A DNA stretch of 64,000 bases from an uncultured delta proteobacterium (lineage in GTDB: Bacteria; Desulfobacterota; Binatia; Binatales; Binataceae), in assembly GCA_963794325.1 (NCBI GenBank), contig CAWCDG010000004.1, positions 736,001 to 800,000 on the forward strand, given 5' to 3'. The notes under the pieces were generated by a model. The model was not told where the DNA came from, ran no database searches, and saw nothing but the letters and a program-made list of their open reading frames with translations. Of the stretch, positions 50,888-61,161 are shown piece by piece. The position numbers were made by a program, and so were the translations under genes. Numbering within the stretch: position 1 is the first letter of the stretch; the number at the start of each line of letters is the position of its first letter.

Positions 50888-51517
50888 GTGAGCGTCAAAC
50901 GATTATCAGCTTCGCCGCTAATTCGCCGCAAGGAGGGCCGCGGCCGGCCCTCGACCCCGTTCCTGCGAGAACGAATTTTGCTGAGTGCCGCGGAACTCTT
51001 CGCCGAGCGCGAATTCGAGCTGGTCCTGATCGACGAAGTCGCCGCCCACGCCGGCGTCGGCAAAGGCAGCGTTTACCGCCAATTCAAATCAAAGGAAGAA
51101 CTGTACGCGGCCGCGGTAATCAACGGTTTCACCGAACTGCAGCGCGAGATTCGCATGGCGCTCGGGGGATGCACCTCGATGCGCGATCAGATCGCGACAA
51201 TAGTTCGGCACTCGATCAAATTTTTCTGGACCCGGCGACAGTTCTTTGCCCTGCTGCGCGACCCGAAAGCGTTGCCACCGTCGCAGGAGCGTCAGTATCG
51301 CGCTCAGCGCAATGACTTGTCACGCCTGGTGAGCGGAGTACTCGACGAAGGCATTAAGCGCGGTGCGATACGGTCCGGCATCGACACTCGCATCGCAGCC
51401 GAAGCGCTGCTCGGCATGATGCGCGGAATGAACCGCTACGGCCGCGAGTACACGACGCCGGATCGGGCAATCGATATCGTCACGTCAATCTTCCTCGACG
51501 GATACTCCGCGCGATAA
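50888..51517 (+). CDS. TetR/AcrR-family regulator
   Basis: RERILLSAAELF..IDEVAAHAGVGKGSVYRQFKSKEEL. Confidence 0.9.
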   Translation: MSVKRLSASPLIRRKEGRGRPSTPFLRERILLSAAELFAEREFELVLIDEVAAHAGVGKGSVYRQFKSKEELYAAAVINGFTELQREIRMALGGCTSMRDQIATIVRHSIKFFWTRRQFFALLRDPKALPPSQERQYRAQRNDLSRLVSGVLDEGIKRGAIRSGIDTRIAAEALLGMMRGMNRYGREYTTPDRAIDIVTSIFLDGYSAR

Positions 51518-51538
51518 CATTCGATGCCGGAGGCTTCC

Positions 51539-52021
51539 ATGCAGGATCTGATTCCCCTGGCGGAAAAAATCGCGGCGAAGCTCAAAGACCGGCGCGAGAC
51601 CATCGCAGTCGCCGAATCGAGCACCGGCGGCCTCATCTCGGCGGCGCTGCTCAGCATCCCCGGCGCCTCGGCGTACTTCATCGGCGGCGCCGTCGTTTAC
51701 ACACTCAAAGCGCGGCGCGCGATGCTCGACGTCCCCGATTCCGCGTTCGCCGGAATCAAATCAGTCACCGAAGAAGGCGCGATGATCCTCGCGCGCGCCG
51801 CCCGCACCCGATTCGCAGTCACCTGGAGCATCGCGGAGATCGGCGCCAGCGGCCCCACCGGCAACCGCTACGGCGACGCAGCCGGCCACAGTTGCATCGC
51901 AATCGCCGGCCCCGTCGAGCGCTCTGTTACGGTGGAGACGGGCAGCAACGATCGCGTCGCCAACATGCGCACGTTCGCCGCCGCCGGGCTGAATTTGTTA
52001 ATCCAAAGTATGTCGTTCTGA
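51539..52021 (+). CDS. CinA C-terminal / PncC-like NMN amidohydrolase
   Basis: GGAGG RBS; AVAESSTGGL, PGASAYF, GASGP. Confidence 0.88.
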   Translation: MQDLIPLAEKIAAKLKDRRETIAVAESSTGGLISAALLSIPGASAYFIGGAVVYTLKARRAMLDVPDSAFAGIKSVTEEGAMILARAARTRFAVTWSIAEIGASGPTGNRYGDAAGHSCIAIAGPVERSVTVETGSNDRVANMRTFAAAGLNLLIQSMSF

Positions 52022-52262
52022 TCCTAACCTCTCCTTGTCCTAGGAGAGGTCGGCGCGAGCCGAAGGTGAGCGACGGGAGTGGTACAACGCTGGCAGTTCA
52101 GTTGCACGTAGTTGTGCTGCTGTCGGGCCGCGGAGTTAGCCTCTTTGCATTGCGATTAAATGAGTTGGCGTTGGTGCTGTGTCAGGCGTCGCACCTCACC
52201 CGGCGACACCGCTTTTTAAGCGGCTTACGCCGACCTCTCCTGGGACAAGGAGAGGTTAGGAT
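52021..52262. repeat. MITE-like element with ~42-bp terminal inverted repeats
   Basis: ATCCTAACCTCTCCTTGTCCTAGGAGAGGTCGGCG.. mirrored at 52221-52262 with 3 mismatches; lies between convergent genes. Confidence 0.78.
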
Positions 52263-52265
52263 TTT

Positions 52266-53507
52266 TCACGGCGTCACTTCCGACAGCCGATCTACTTCGC
52301 GCAAACTCGGAAACAGCCGATACCACACCGCGACGATCACCAGCGTGCCGACCCCGCCGATGACTACCGCCGGCACTGTGCCGAACCATGTTGCCGTCAC
52401 GCCGGATTCGAACTCGCCCAGTTCATTCGATGCGCCCACGAAAAGCCTGTTCACCGCGCTCACGCGTCCGCGCATCGCGTCAGGCGTCGCCAGTTGCGTC
52501 AATGTGGTTCGCACGTAAACGCTCACCATGTCCGATGCGCCGAGAATAAAAAGCGCCACCATCGAAAGCGTGAAGTTCCGCGACAAGCCGAAAACGATCG
52601 TTGCGATTCCGAAAATCGCGACGCACCAGAACATCGCGAGTCCCGCGCGCCGCGACAGCGCACGTTGTGCCATCGCTATTCCCAACATCGCCGCCCCGAG
52701 CGCCGGCGCGCTGCGCAGCAATCCCAATCCCAGCGGCCCGACATGCAGGATGTCGCGCGCATAGACCGGCAACAACGCAGTCGCGCCGCCGAGCAGCACC
52801 GCGAACAGATCCAATGAGAAGGCGCCGAGGATTAGCGGCTTGCGCCACACGTACGCAATCCCCGCCGTGATCCGCTCGAACACCGTCGTATCGGCCTCCA
52901 CTTCGTAGCGCGCGCGGCGCCCGCCGATGCCCATCATCACGATCGCGATCGTCACGAACAGGATCAGGCACACGCCGTAGTCGACCGCCGGACCCAGGAT
53001 GTAGATCGCTCCGCCAATCGCCGGCCCCGCGATCACTGCCACCTGCGATGTCGAAGAAGCCCACGCTACTGCCTGCGGAAATTGATCCTGCGGCACCAGC
53101 AGCGGAACGAAAGACTGCGATGCCGGCCCCGCAAATGCCCGCGCCGCACCGAACAGCGCGAGCACAATGTAGAACGGCCAGACCACGGCGGTCCGCGTCA
53201 ACGCCAACCACAGAAACCCGCCGGACGCGACCGCGGTGGATAAATTGCTGACCACCAGGATCGACTTGCGATCGAAACGATCCGCAAGATGCCCCGCGGG
53301 TATCGTGCAGGCCATCATCGGCAGAAACTGGAAGAGCCCCGCGTAGCCCAGTGCCAGCGGTGTCCGCGCTATCGCGTAAATTTGCCAGCTAACCGCGACT
53401 GACTGGATCTGGGTAGCGAGAATCGCGAGGAACGCCGCGCCCAGGAAGCGGCGAAAGTCGCGATGCGCCAGTGCGCTTGAATTTACTTTCGCGGGCGAGG
53501 CATCCAT
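52266..53507 (-). CDS. MFS transporter (EntS/DHA3-like)
   Basis: GHLADRFDR, LDLFAVLLGG, PDAMRGRV, ASNELGEFE; about 12 TM segments. Confidence 0.9.
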   Translation of the reverse strand: MDASPAKVNSSALAHRDFRRFLGAAFLAILATQIQSVAVSWQIYAIARTPLALGYAGLFQFLPMMACTIPAGHLADRFDRKSILVVSNLSTAVASGGFLWLALTRTAVVWPFYIVLALFGAARAFAGPASQSFVPLLVPQDQFPQAVAWASSTSQVAVIAGPAIGGAIYILGPAVDYGVCLILFVTIAIVMMGIGGRRARYEVEADTTVFERITAGIAYVWRKPLILGAFSLDLFAVLLGGATALLPVYARDILHVGPLGLGLLRSAPALGAAMLGIAMAQRALSRRAGLAMFWCVAIFGIATIVFGLSRNFTLSMVALFILGASDMVSVYVRTTLTQLATPDAMRGRVSAVNRLFVGASNELGEFESGVTATWFGTVPAVVIGGVGTLVIVAVWYRLFPSLREVDRLSEVTP

Positions 53508-53590
53508 CGGTTGCCTCCCCGTTTGTATTGGAACCGCGGCGCCGAAGCGACATTTTGCCAATCGGCACTCATCTCGATTAGGCTCGCATC

Positions 53591-55006
53591 ATGGACAAGT
53601 CAGCGATTCGAACTCACGTCGATCGGCTTTGGGACGAATCAATCGTCGCCGAGCTGGTCGAGTACATTCGCATCCCCAACAAGTCGGTCGCGTTCGATCG
53701 CGACTGGAAAGCGCACGGCCACATGGACCGCGTCGTCGCGCGCTTCGAGGATTGGGCGCGCCGCCAGTCCCTCCGCGGGATGAAGCTGGAGGTCGTGCGC
53801 CTCGAAGGACGCACCCCGCTGCTGTTCATCGAGATCCCCGGCGACTCGGACGATTGCGTGCTGCTCTATGGCCACATGGACAAGCAGCCCGAGATGTCGG
53901 GATGGCGCGACGGGCTCGGCCCGTGGAATCCGGTGCGCGAGGGCGATCGTCTGTACGGCCGCGGCAGCGCCGACGACGGCTACGCGATGTTCGCGTGCCT
54001 CGGCGCAATCGGCGCGCTGCAAGCCAACTCGGTCAAGCACGCGCGATGCGTCGTGATTATCGAGGCATGCGAGGAAAGCGGCAGCTTCGACCTCCCTCAT
54101 TATATTGCGCATCTCGCGCCGCGCATCGGGCAGCCCAGCCTGTGCATCGCGCTCGACTCCGGATGCGGCAACTACGAACAACTGTGGCTGACGACCTCGC
54201 TGCGCGGCTTGGTCGGCGGGCGCCTGCAAGTCGATATGCTCACCGAGGGCGTGCACTCGGGCGATGCCGGCGGCGTCGTGCCCGACAGCTTCCGCATCGT
54301 GCGCCAGTTGTTAAGCCGCGTCGAGGAGGAGTCAACCGGCAAGGTGCTCGGTAATGAATTCTACGCGACGATTCCCGACGCGCGCCTCAAGCAAGCGGCC
54401 GCGACCGCCAAAGTGCTCGGCGACGACATCTACACAAAGTTCCCGTTCGTCGAGCACGCACGTCCCGTCAGCAACGATCCCGCGGAGCTGATCCTCAACC
54501 GCGCATGGCGGCCCGCGCTCTCGATCATCGGCGCCGACGGCCTGCCGGCGACCAGTAACGCGGGCAATGTGCTACGCCCGGGCACGGCGGTGAGCGTGTC
54601 GCTCAGACTGCCGCCGACGGTCGATGCGAAAGTCGCGTCGCAGAAGCTGAAAAATATTTTGGAGAAAGATCCGCCTTACGGGTGCAAGGTGACGTTCCAA
54701 TCCAACTGGGGCGCCAGCGGATGGGATTCTCCAGCGCTATCGCCATGGCTCGAGCGCAGCCTCGACGCCGCCTCGAATGACTACTTCGGCAAACCAACTG
54801 CGTACATGGGCGAAGGCGGCACGATTCCTTTCATGGGGATGCTGGGTGAGCGCTTCCCGAAATCTCAATTCCTGATCACCGGTGTGCTAGGCCCACACGC
54901 CAACGCCCACGGCCCCAACGAGTTCCTGCACATCCCAACGGCCAAGAAAGTGACCTGCTGCGTCGCAAAAGTGATCGCCGATCATTTCACTCGCACCAAC
55001 AGTTAA
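53591..55006 (+). CDS. M20 metallo-dipeptidase
   Basis: YGHMDKQP, GRGSADDG, CEESGS, HSG, AHGPNE. Confidence 0.92.
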   Translation: MDKSAIRTHVDRLWDESIVAELVEYIRIPNKSVAFDRDWKAHGHMDRVVARFEDWARRQSLRGMKLEVVRLEGRTPLLFIEIPGDSDDCVLLYGHMDKQPEMSGWRDGLGPWNPVREGDRLYGRGSADDGYAMFACLGAIGALQANSVKHARCVVIIEACEESGSFDLPHYIAHLAPRIGQPSLCIALDSGCGNYEQLWLTTSLRGLVGGRLQVDMLTEGVHSGDAGGVVPDSFRIVRQLLSRVEEESTGKVLGNEFYATIPDARLKQAAATAKVLGDDIYTKFPFVEHARPVSNDPAELILNRAWRPALSIIGADGLPATSNAGNVLRPGTAVSVSLRLPPTVDAKVASQKLKNILEKDPPYGCKVTFQSNWGASGWDSPALSPWLERSLDAASNDYFGKPTAYMGEGGTIPFMGMLGERFPKSQFLITGVLGPHANAHGPNEFLHIPTAKKVTCCVAKVIADHFTRTNS

Positions 55007-55016
55007 GGAGGACGCC

Positions 55017-55791
55017 ATGTCGATTCGACTTCGTCAGATTGCGCTGGTCGCTAACAAACTCGCGCCGGTGATCGAGGATCTGAAGGGCGTGTTCGGACTC
55101 GAGGTCTGTTACATCGATCCTGGAGTTGGAGCGTTCGGGCTCGAGAATTCGCTGCTGCCGGTCGGCAACAACTTCATCGAAGTTGTCGCGCCGATCAAGG
55201 AAGGCACCGCGGGCGGCCGTTACCTCAAACGGCGCGGCGGCGACGGCGGCTACATGGTCATCTGCCAATGCGAGAGTCATGCGGCGCAACTCGAGCGGCG
55301 CGAGCGCGCGATCGCGACGGGCATCCGAATCGCGTGGGAGCGAGAGAGCGGCGGGTATCACGTGATGCAGTTGCATCCGGCGGACACCGGCGGCTCATTC
55401 TTCGAGATCGATTGGGACGCGAAGGGCGAGCCCGAAGGCAACTGGGAACCGGCGGGCGGCAAGCGGATGGCGCAAGGCGAAACGAACGGAAGTCATCAGT
55501 GCGTATTCGGCGGTTGAGCTCCAATCACCCGATCCCGCCGGCCTCGCCGATCGATGGAGTAAAATCGCGGGCGTGCCGGTGCGCAAGGACTCGCGCGGCC
55601 GAATCGAGATGCCGCTCGACAACGCGAGCGTCCGCTTCGTCGAGGCGACCGACGGGCGCGGCGAAGGGCTGTCGGGAATCGACATGGTCGTCGCGGATCG
55701 CGCGAAGCTGAATTCCGCCGCCGAGCGCCGCGGCTACAAAACCACCGGCGACCAACTGACGATCTGCGGCACGCGCTTCTACTTAGTCTAG
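55017..55791 (+). CDS. Two-domain VOC/glyoxalase-like protein with an apparent +1 frameshift at ~55462
   Basis: RLRQIALVA, FGLEN, GDGGYM, QLHP. Removing one A joins it via GGSGW to ELQSPDP..RW and GRGEGL..ICGTRF*. Confidence 0.8.
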
Positions 55792-55812
55792 CCAAATCGC
55801 TAGTCTCGCGAT

Positions 55813-58215
55813 GTGCGCAGGATACTGCTCATCGTTGGCATAGTCGTTGGCGCGGTGGTGCTGATCGCGCTCGGGCTGACCGCGTACGCATTCTTCAATC
55901 TGAGTTCGATCGTCGCGCACAACGAGAAGCGAATCCTCGCGCGCGTGAGCGATGCGCTTGGCCGGCCGGTCCAGGTCGGGAAGATACAGGCGCAGATGGG
56001 ATGGGGCGTCTCGGTCGAAGTGAGCGGGCTCACGATTGCAGACGATCCGGCTTTTTCGCAAAAACCGTTTCTCGCCGCCAACGACGTGTCAGTGGACGTC
56101 GAGTTTCTTCCACTGCTGCGCGGCGAGGCGAAGGTCACACGGCTCGAACTGATCAAGCCCGACATCCGGCTCGTGATGAACGCGGGCGGCGATCTGAATG
56201 TGAGTACAATCGGGTCGAGTCCTGAGGATGCCGCCCGAAAAGCGGCGCATGCGCCGAACCGTCACGGCCACAATCGATCGTCGCTTGGCGACCTGTCGAT
56301 CAAGGCGCTCAGCATCGAGGACGGCCGGATCTATTTCAACGACCTTGGCGAAAAGGCGACGCCGATTCACGTCCGCCATCTGGACCTCGACGTGACAAAC
56401 TTCAACGCCGCTTCGGCGTTTGACATCGCCACGAAATTTGCCTTTCCAGGTGATGTGCAGAACGTCGCCGCGTCGGGGAAGATCGGACCGTTGCTCAATC
56501 AAGGCATGCTGGACGCCTCGGGAATACCCGTCGATCTGACGTTCAAGCTCGATTCGATTCTGCTCGACAGTCTCCGGCCGCTCGCTGATATCGGTTCGGA
56601 TATTCCGCCGGGGCTTTCGATTCCCGACGCCGCGTCGATTGGCGGGACTCTTCGCGGTACGGTCGGCAAACTCGCAATTGCGCTCAGCACCGACCTGACT
56701 GCGAACCGGGTCGCATACTCGACGGTGCTCAGCAAGCCCGCGGGAACTGCGATGACGGTGAATGCGAACGGCACCTGGGGCGATCAGCTCGAGATAGCAA
56801 GCATCAACTTGAAGCTGTCCGATCTCGAGGTGACGGCGAGCCGGTTTGCCGGTTTTTCAACTGGCGGCGCGCAACCCGCAACGCAGCAACCCCTGACCGC
56901 GCAAATCGATTCCAACAGTTTCAACCTCGCCAATCTGAGCCCGATGATCACTGCTGCGGCCGCGTACGGCGTCGCGGGCACCAGCGAAGTTCACGGCGCG
57001 GTGAAACTCGGCAACAACGCACCCGCTATCGATGGAACCGTGACGCTGAAACAAGTCGCGCTGAAGCCGCCGTCGTGGCAGAGCGGAGTCAGCGATCTGA
57101 ATGGATCGGTTCGGTTTGCCAACGGCGTCGAAACGATCGAGCCGACCGGCTTCACCTTCGGTTCCGCGCACGCGAACATCGAAGGACGAGTCGAATCGTT
57201 GAGCCCGCTGAAAGCGAGTTATTCGTTGAAGGCCGACTCGGTGAAGCTCGCGCAGATACTCGCCAGCCGTCCACCGACGGACGTGATCAACGGGCTGCTG
57301 GTCAACGGCATTGCGGACGGCGAGCTGGCTGCGCCGCGAATCAGTGCGACGATCAAATCCACCGACGGATCGCTCCAGAATGTTTCATATAACCATCTCG
57401 ATTTGACGGCGGCCTACTTTAACCGCCGGGTATCGGCGCGTCCGCTCAACGTCGGATTGTTTGGCGGCTCGCTGGGAGCGAATGCGGATGCGGTCCTCGG
57501 CGACGTGCCGACTTTCAACGTCACCCTCGCGATGAGAAATCTGAACATGGAGGAGGCGCTGCGCTCGCAGAATATCGATGCGGCCGGAAGGTTGCGCGGA
57601 TTCCTGACCGGCAACGTGGCGGCGTCGGGCAGCGGCGCGGATTGGAATCGAATCAGGCCGACTCTTCGCGGCAGCGGCCGAGTGGCGATCGCTAACGGTA
57701 AGCTGGTTGGCGTCAATATCGTGGCTGACGCGCTCAACGCGGTCGCCGCGGCGCCGGGCGTCAGCCAGCTCGTGAACGTGGCCTTCATGTCGAGTCATCA
57801 CGGGCTGCTGGTCGATCCGGACACCGAGCTGAAATCCGCGAGCATGAGCTTTCAGCAAGTAGGGCCGCGATTCACAACGCACGATCTCTTCGTGCAGTCG
57901 CCGGACTACGCGATCACGGGCGACGGCTGGTTCGACATGGACAAGAACATTGAGATGAACGCCGACATCCGCCTCGCGCTCGGACTGCAAGTCGCGATTC
58001 CGGTGACGGTGAGCGGGCAACTGCCTGGAGCGCGGGTCTTGCCGGACGTGCCGAAGCTGGCGGAGCGCGTCGCGATGGGCGCGATTAACACGCCCGGCAA
58101 TATAATCCGCGGCGGTGTGAACGCGGTCGGCTCGGTGGTCGGCGCGCCTTCAGCCGGCTCGGCGATTCCGTCGATTCCCAATCCGATTAATGCTCTCAAG
58201 AAACTGTGGCATTGA
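55813..58215 (+). CDS. AsmA-family protein
   Basis: N-terminal TM, LGRPVQVG, PLLRG, beta-rich repeats, GKLVGVNI, IPVTVSG. Confidence 0.85.
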   Translation: MRRILLIVGIVVGAVVLIALGLTAYAFFNLSSIVAHNEKRILARVSDALGRPVQVGKIQAQMGWGVSVEVSGLTIADDPAFSQKPFLAANDVSVDVEFLPLLRGEAKVTRLELIKPDIRLVMNAGGDLNVSTIGSSPEDAARKAAHAPNRHGHNRSSLGDLSIKALSIEDGRIYFNDLGEKATPIHVRHLDLDVTNFNAASAFDIATKFAFPGDVQNVAASGKIGPLLNQGMLDASGIPVDLTFKLDSILLDSLRPLADIGSDIPPGLSIPDAASIGGTLRGTVGKLAIALSTDLTANRVAYSTVLSKPAGTAMTVNANGTWGDQLEIASINLKLSDLEVTASRFAGFSTGGAQPATQQPLTAQIDSNSFNLANLSPMITAAAAYGVAGTSEVHGAVKLGNNAPAIDGTVTLKQVALKPPSWQSGVSDLNGSVRFANGVETIEPTGFTFGSAHANIEGRVESLSPLKASYSLKADSVKLAQILASRPPTDVINGLLVNGIADGELAAPRISATIKSTDGSLQNVSYNHLDLTAAYFNRRVSARPLNVGLFGGSLGANADAVLGDVPTFNVTLAMRNLNMEEALRSQNIDAAGRLRGFLTGNVAASGSGADWNRIRPTLRGSGRVAIANGKLVGVNIVADALNAVAAAPGVSQLVNVAFMSSHHGLLVDPDTELKSASMSFQQVGPRFTTHDLFVQSPDYAITGDGWFDMDKNIEMNADIRLALGLQVAIPVTVSGQLPGARVLPDVPKLAERVAMGAINTPGNIIRGGVNAVGSVVGAPSAGSAIPSIPNPINALKKLWH

Positions 58216-58236
58216 GCACAGCGGGGGCTTCCGCGT

Positions 58237-58335
58237 CTAACGGTTGAGCAAACCAATCGTGCCGACGATCCACACGACGGTCACGATACCGAAAATCACG
58301 CCCGGCAATTCCGAAAGGAAGCAGTTCTGGCACAT
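58237..58335 (-). CDS. Putative 32-aa membrane peptide with N-terminal CxxC
   Basis: GAGGGA RBS, MCQNCFLSELPGVIFGIVTVVWIVGTIGLLNR. Confidence 0.5.
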   Translation of the reverse strand: MCQNCFLSELPGVIFGIVTVVWIVGTIGLLNR

Positions 58336-58526
58336 AGTGAGTCCCTCGCTCTTGGTCGGAGAAATCACGAACCCGCGAATCGCCGCCACTTGTTTCTGAT
58401 TGAGCATCGAAGTCATTTTGTTCGCCTCCTGATGGAACAACGTCTTCACCTCTAAGGCGTTAAAACGCCCTGAACGAGTGGTTCAAATGAGGCGAACGGA
58501 GCGAACGATTAGCGAAAAGGATTCAG

Positions 58527-58937
58527 TTACGGAAGGATGTCGAAGCGTCCAAATCGATGCGGCCGATAAATTTCGAAGTCTTGACGGTCAATGGTAAAGA
58601 CGCGCCGAAGGTTGTCGCGCTCAGCGACGCGCACCAAGGCTGCATCTGCGAGATCCATGGGCAGATCGCGATACTTCCACATGAGTTCCCGCATGCGAGG
58701 CCAATCGTCAGGACCGAGTCCGGCAAACTGTACGCTTACGAGGTCGATCATGTCCCATAAAGCCCGCTGGGCCGGTGCACTAGCGCGTAGCAAATGCATC
58801 GCTTCGGTAAAGGCCGGCCAGACCGTTATGAGTGGGTCGCGGATGGTCGCAAACGCCGCGACGCATCGCTGATTATAGGGATCGCTGCGGTCAATTAGCG
58901 CGACGAGAGGACCGGCGTCGACTAGAACGCTTGGCAT
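58527..58937 (-). CDS. vapC: VapC-type PIN-domain toxin
   Basis: VLVDAGPL, FTEA, MDLADAALV, FTIDRQDF. Confidence 0.88.
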   Translation of the reverse strand: MPSVLVDAGPLVALIDRSDPYNQRCVAAFATIRDPLITVWPAFTEAMHLLRASAPAQRALWDMIDLVSVQFAGLGPDDWPRMRELMWKYRDLPMDLADAALVRVAERDNLRRVFTIDRQDFEIYRPHRFGRFDILP

Positions 58938-59196
58938 TCCTTTCTTCTTGCAGCATTCGTGCGAACCGCTCGCCGGTGCGCTCCGACAAATTCATCCCGC
59001 CGCTATCCCAGGAGCCTATCAGATGAGCCACCAGCTCGTAGGGCGTAGGCTTTGACTTTGAGACCTGCGCCTGTTGGTTTCGCATTGTCGCCAGCGCTTG
59101 GCGCACCACTTCGGACTTTGTTAGCCCACGCTCTCGCGCAACTCGCTCAACGAAAGCGGCGGTCTGCGGATCGATTCTGATGTTCAGGGCGGCCAT
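58891..59196 (-). CDS. Ribbon-helix-helix (CopG) antitoxin
   Basis: LNIRID..ERVARERGLTKSEVVRQAL; overlaps the PIN gene. Confidence 0.85.
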   Translation of the reverse strand: MAALNIRIDPQTAAFVERVARERGLTKSEVVRQALATMRNQQAQVSKSKPTPYELVAHLIGSWDSGGMNLSERTGERFARMLQEERNAKRSSRRRSSRRAN

Positions 59197-59203
59197 CACC
59201 AAA

Positions 59204-59228
59204 TTTGTATCACAGCGTGTAATACAAA
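59204..59228. promoter_or_regulatory. TA autoregulatory operator
   Basis: TTTGTATCACA-GCG-TGTAATACAAA inverted repeat (1 mismatch) just upstream of the antitoxin start. Confidence 0.7.
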
Positions 59229-59251
59229 GCCACCTTGAGAGGACTGGTTTG

Positions 59252-60193
59252 TTAACGCCGAGTGAGCTTGTCTACTTCGGCGAGTTCTTCTGCTGACAGT
59301 TTCCAGTTGCCGGCTTTGACGTTCTGCGTCACCTGCTCCGCGCTGGTTGCGCCGGAGATTACGCTGGAGACTTGCGGTTGCGACGCGAGCCACCCGACTG
59401 CCAGCTCGAGCATCGCATGCTCGCGGCTGCTCGCGAACTTCTCGAGCTTTTCGAGGGTCGCAAAGTTTTCGTCCGTGAGCGCCTGCTTCGCCATCCGCTG
59501 CACCAGCGAAAGCCGCGTGCCCTTTGGCGGCTCGGCGCCGCGCTTGTATTTGCCGGTGAGAAATCCACTTGCCAATGGAAAGTAGGGCAGGATGCCTACG
59601 CCGAATTCGCGGCATGCGGGAATCAGTTCGCGCTCGATGCGGCGGTCGAGCAGGTTGTACTGATTCTGCGCGGAGATATATGAGGCAAGTCCGCGGCTGC
59701 GGGAAATCCAGTGCGCATCGACCGCTTGCCACGCCGCGAAGTTGCTATGTCCGATATAGCGGACCTTGCCGGCGCGCACGAGATCATTGAGCGCTTCGAG
59801 CGTCTCATGCTGCGGCGTTTCGGGATCGGGCTGATGAATCTGGTAGAGGTCGATATAGTCGGTGCCAAGTCGCTTCAGGCTCGCCTCGGCGGCCGCCATG
59901 ATGTAGCGGTACGATCCTCCTTTCAGATAAGGACCGTCGCCCATCGCCATGCCGAACTTGGTCGCGACGATAATGTCGCGGCGGCGATCGCCGAGCGCCT
60001 TGCCGAGCAACTCTTCCGAGCCGCCGCGATTGCCGTAAATGTCGGCGGTGTCGAACAGCGTGATGCCCTCGTCGAGCGCCTTATGCACCACGGCGCGCGT
60101 CTGTTCCGCGTCGCATCGCATGCCGAAGTTGTTGCATCCGAGGCCGACCGCCGAAACCTTGAGTCCGGAATTTCCGAGATTGCGATATTCCAC
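59252..60193 (-). CDS. Aldo/keto reductase
   Basis: GLGCNNFG, FDTADIYG, ATKFG, IDLYQIH, PLASG. Confidence 0.93.
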   Translation of the reverse strand: MEYRNLGNSGLKVSAVGLGCNNFGMRCDAEQTRAVVHKALDEGITLFDTADIYGNRGGSEELLGKALGDRRRDIIVATKFGMAMGDGPYLKGGSYRYIMAAAEASLKRLGTDYIDLYQIHQPDPETPQHETLEALNDLVRAGKVRYIGHSNFAAWQAVDAHWISRSRGLASYISAQNQYNLLDRRIERELIPACREFGVGILPYFPLASGFLTGKYKRGAEPPKGTRLSLVQRMAKQALTDENFATLEKLEKFASSREHAMLELAVGWLASQPQVSSVISGATSAEQVTQNVKAGNWKLSAEELAEVDKLTRR

Positions 60194-60213
60194 GATCTAT
60201 CCTTTTGTGAGCT

Positions 60214-61071
60214 TCATGCTGCGGCTTCGGGAGGAAAGAACACCAAGGTTCGCACCTCGACGCTTTCGCGCGCCGCGGCGTCCGGCGGACTCGAGGGATC
60301 CTCGAAAGCGGAATGCGCGGTGAAGCGCGCTCCCCGTCCGTCGGAGTCGTAGCACTTGAGCAATAGCACTTCTTCCTTTTGCTGATTCGGAATGTAGTAC
60401 CATCGATGATTCGGATTATACGCGACCGAGTACACCTCGCCGTCGCGATCGCGATATTTGAGCACGTGCTTGACGAAGTCGTCCTGCACCATGCTTTGTG
60501 CGTCGCAAACTGCCAGCGGAGATTCCTGCACCGGTCCGCGAATCGGGCGCCAGACGTTGATTACCGCGAAGCGATTCTTGAGCAGTGCATCAGCGTTGTC
60601 CGGCAGAAGATCGCGCACGCGTTGCGGCCCACTCTTGAGCGTGTAGTCGTTGTGCGCGACCTTGACCGGCTCCTGCGCGCCGTTTTCATGGCGCTTCGCC
60701 ATCGGTCGCGATCGCACGTTATGGTCGAACACGTGCACTTTGACGGCGCCGGTAAATTCGCGGACCATCCGCTCGACTTCGGGATAATAAACACGCCGAA
60801 CTTCTTCGGGGTCGTAAAAATTCTCGACCGCGGTGTTCTGACGCGTCACCGCAAAGCCTTGGCGGTCGAGAGACAGCTCGCTCATAATCGTGCGGGCGCT
60901 GTGAATCGGCACGGTAAACTTTGCGTAGGTTCCGGTCCGCGCGGGGACGCCCGGCGGCGGCTTGAAGTTGTAGCTGACCGGGCGCTGCTCTTTGTCGGCA
61001 AGATAATTGAGCACGCCGCTGACGTAATCGGGACTGCTGTGCGTCGCAAGCTCGGTATTGGGTGTCGTCAT
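60214..61071 (-). CDS. CmcJ/NvfI/AsaB-like non-heme Fe oxidoreductase
   Basis: LDRQGF, FDHNVR, AHNDYT, INVWRPI, PLAVCD, HSAF, RESVEVR. Confidence 0.85.
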   Translation of the reverse strand: MTTPNTELATHSSPDYVSGVLNYLADKEQRPVSYNFKPPPGVPARTGTYAKFTVPIHSARTIMSELSLDRQGFAVTRQNTAVENFYDPEEVRRVYYPEVERMVREFTGAVKVHVFDHNVRSRPMAKRHENGAQEPVKVAHNDYTLKSGPQRVRDLLPDNADALLKNRFAVINVWRPIRGPVQESPLAVCDAQSMVQDDFVKHVLKYRDRDGEVYSVAYNPNHRWYYIPNQQKEEVLLLKCYDSDGRGARFTAHSAFEDPSSPPDAAARESVEVRTLVFFPPEAAA

Positions 61072-61161
61072 AGGAAGTACTCCTGGGTTCCTTCCCCTTT
61101 GCTACGGCAGCCCGCGCGGCGGGTCAAGCGCGATTCTGACGAAGGTGTCAATATTCAGCGG

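Noticed and set aside
60379-61161. Long N-terminal extension on Mug
   Set aside because: It is antisense to the CmcJ-like gene; the Mug domain begins at ATG 61162.
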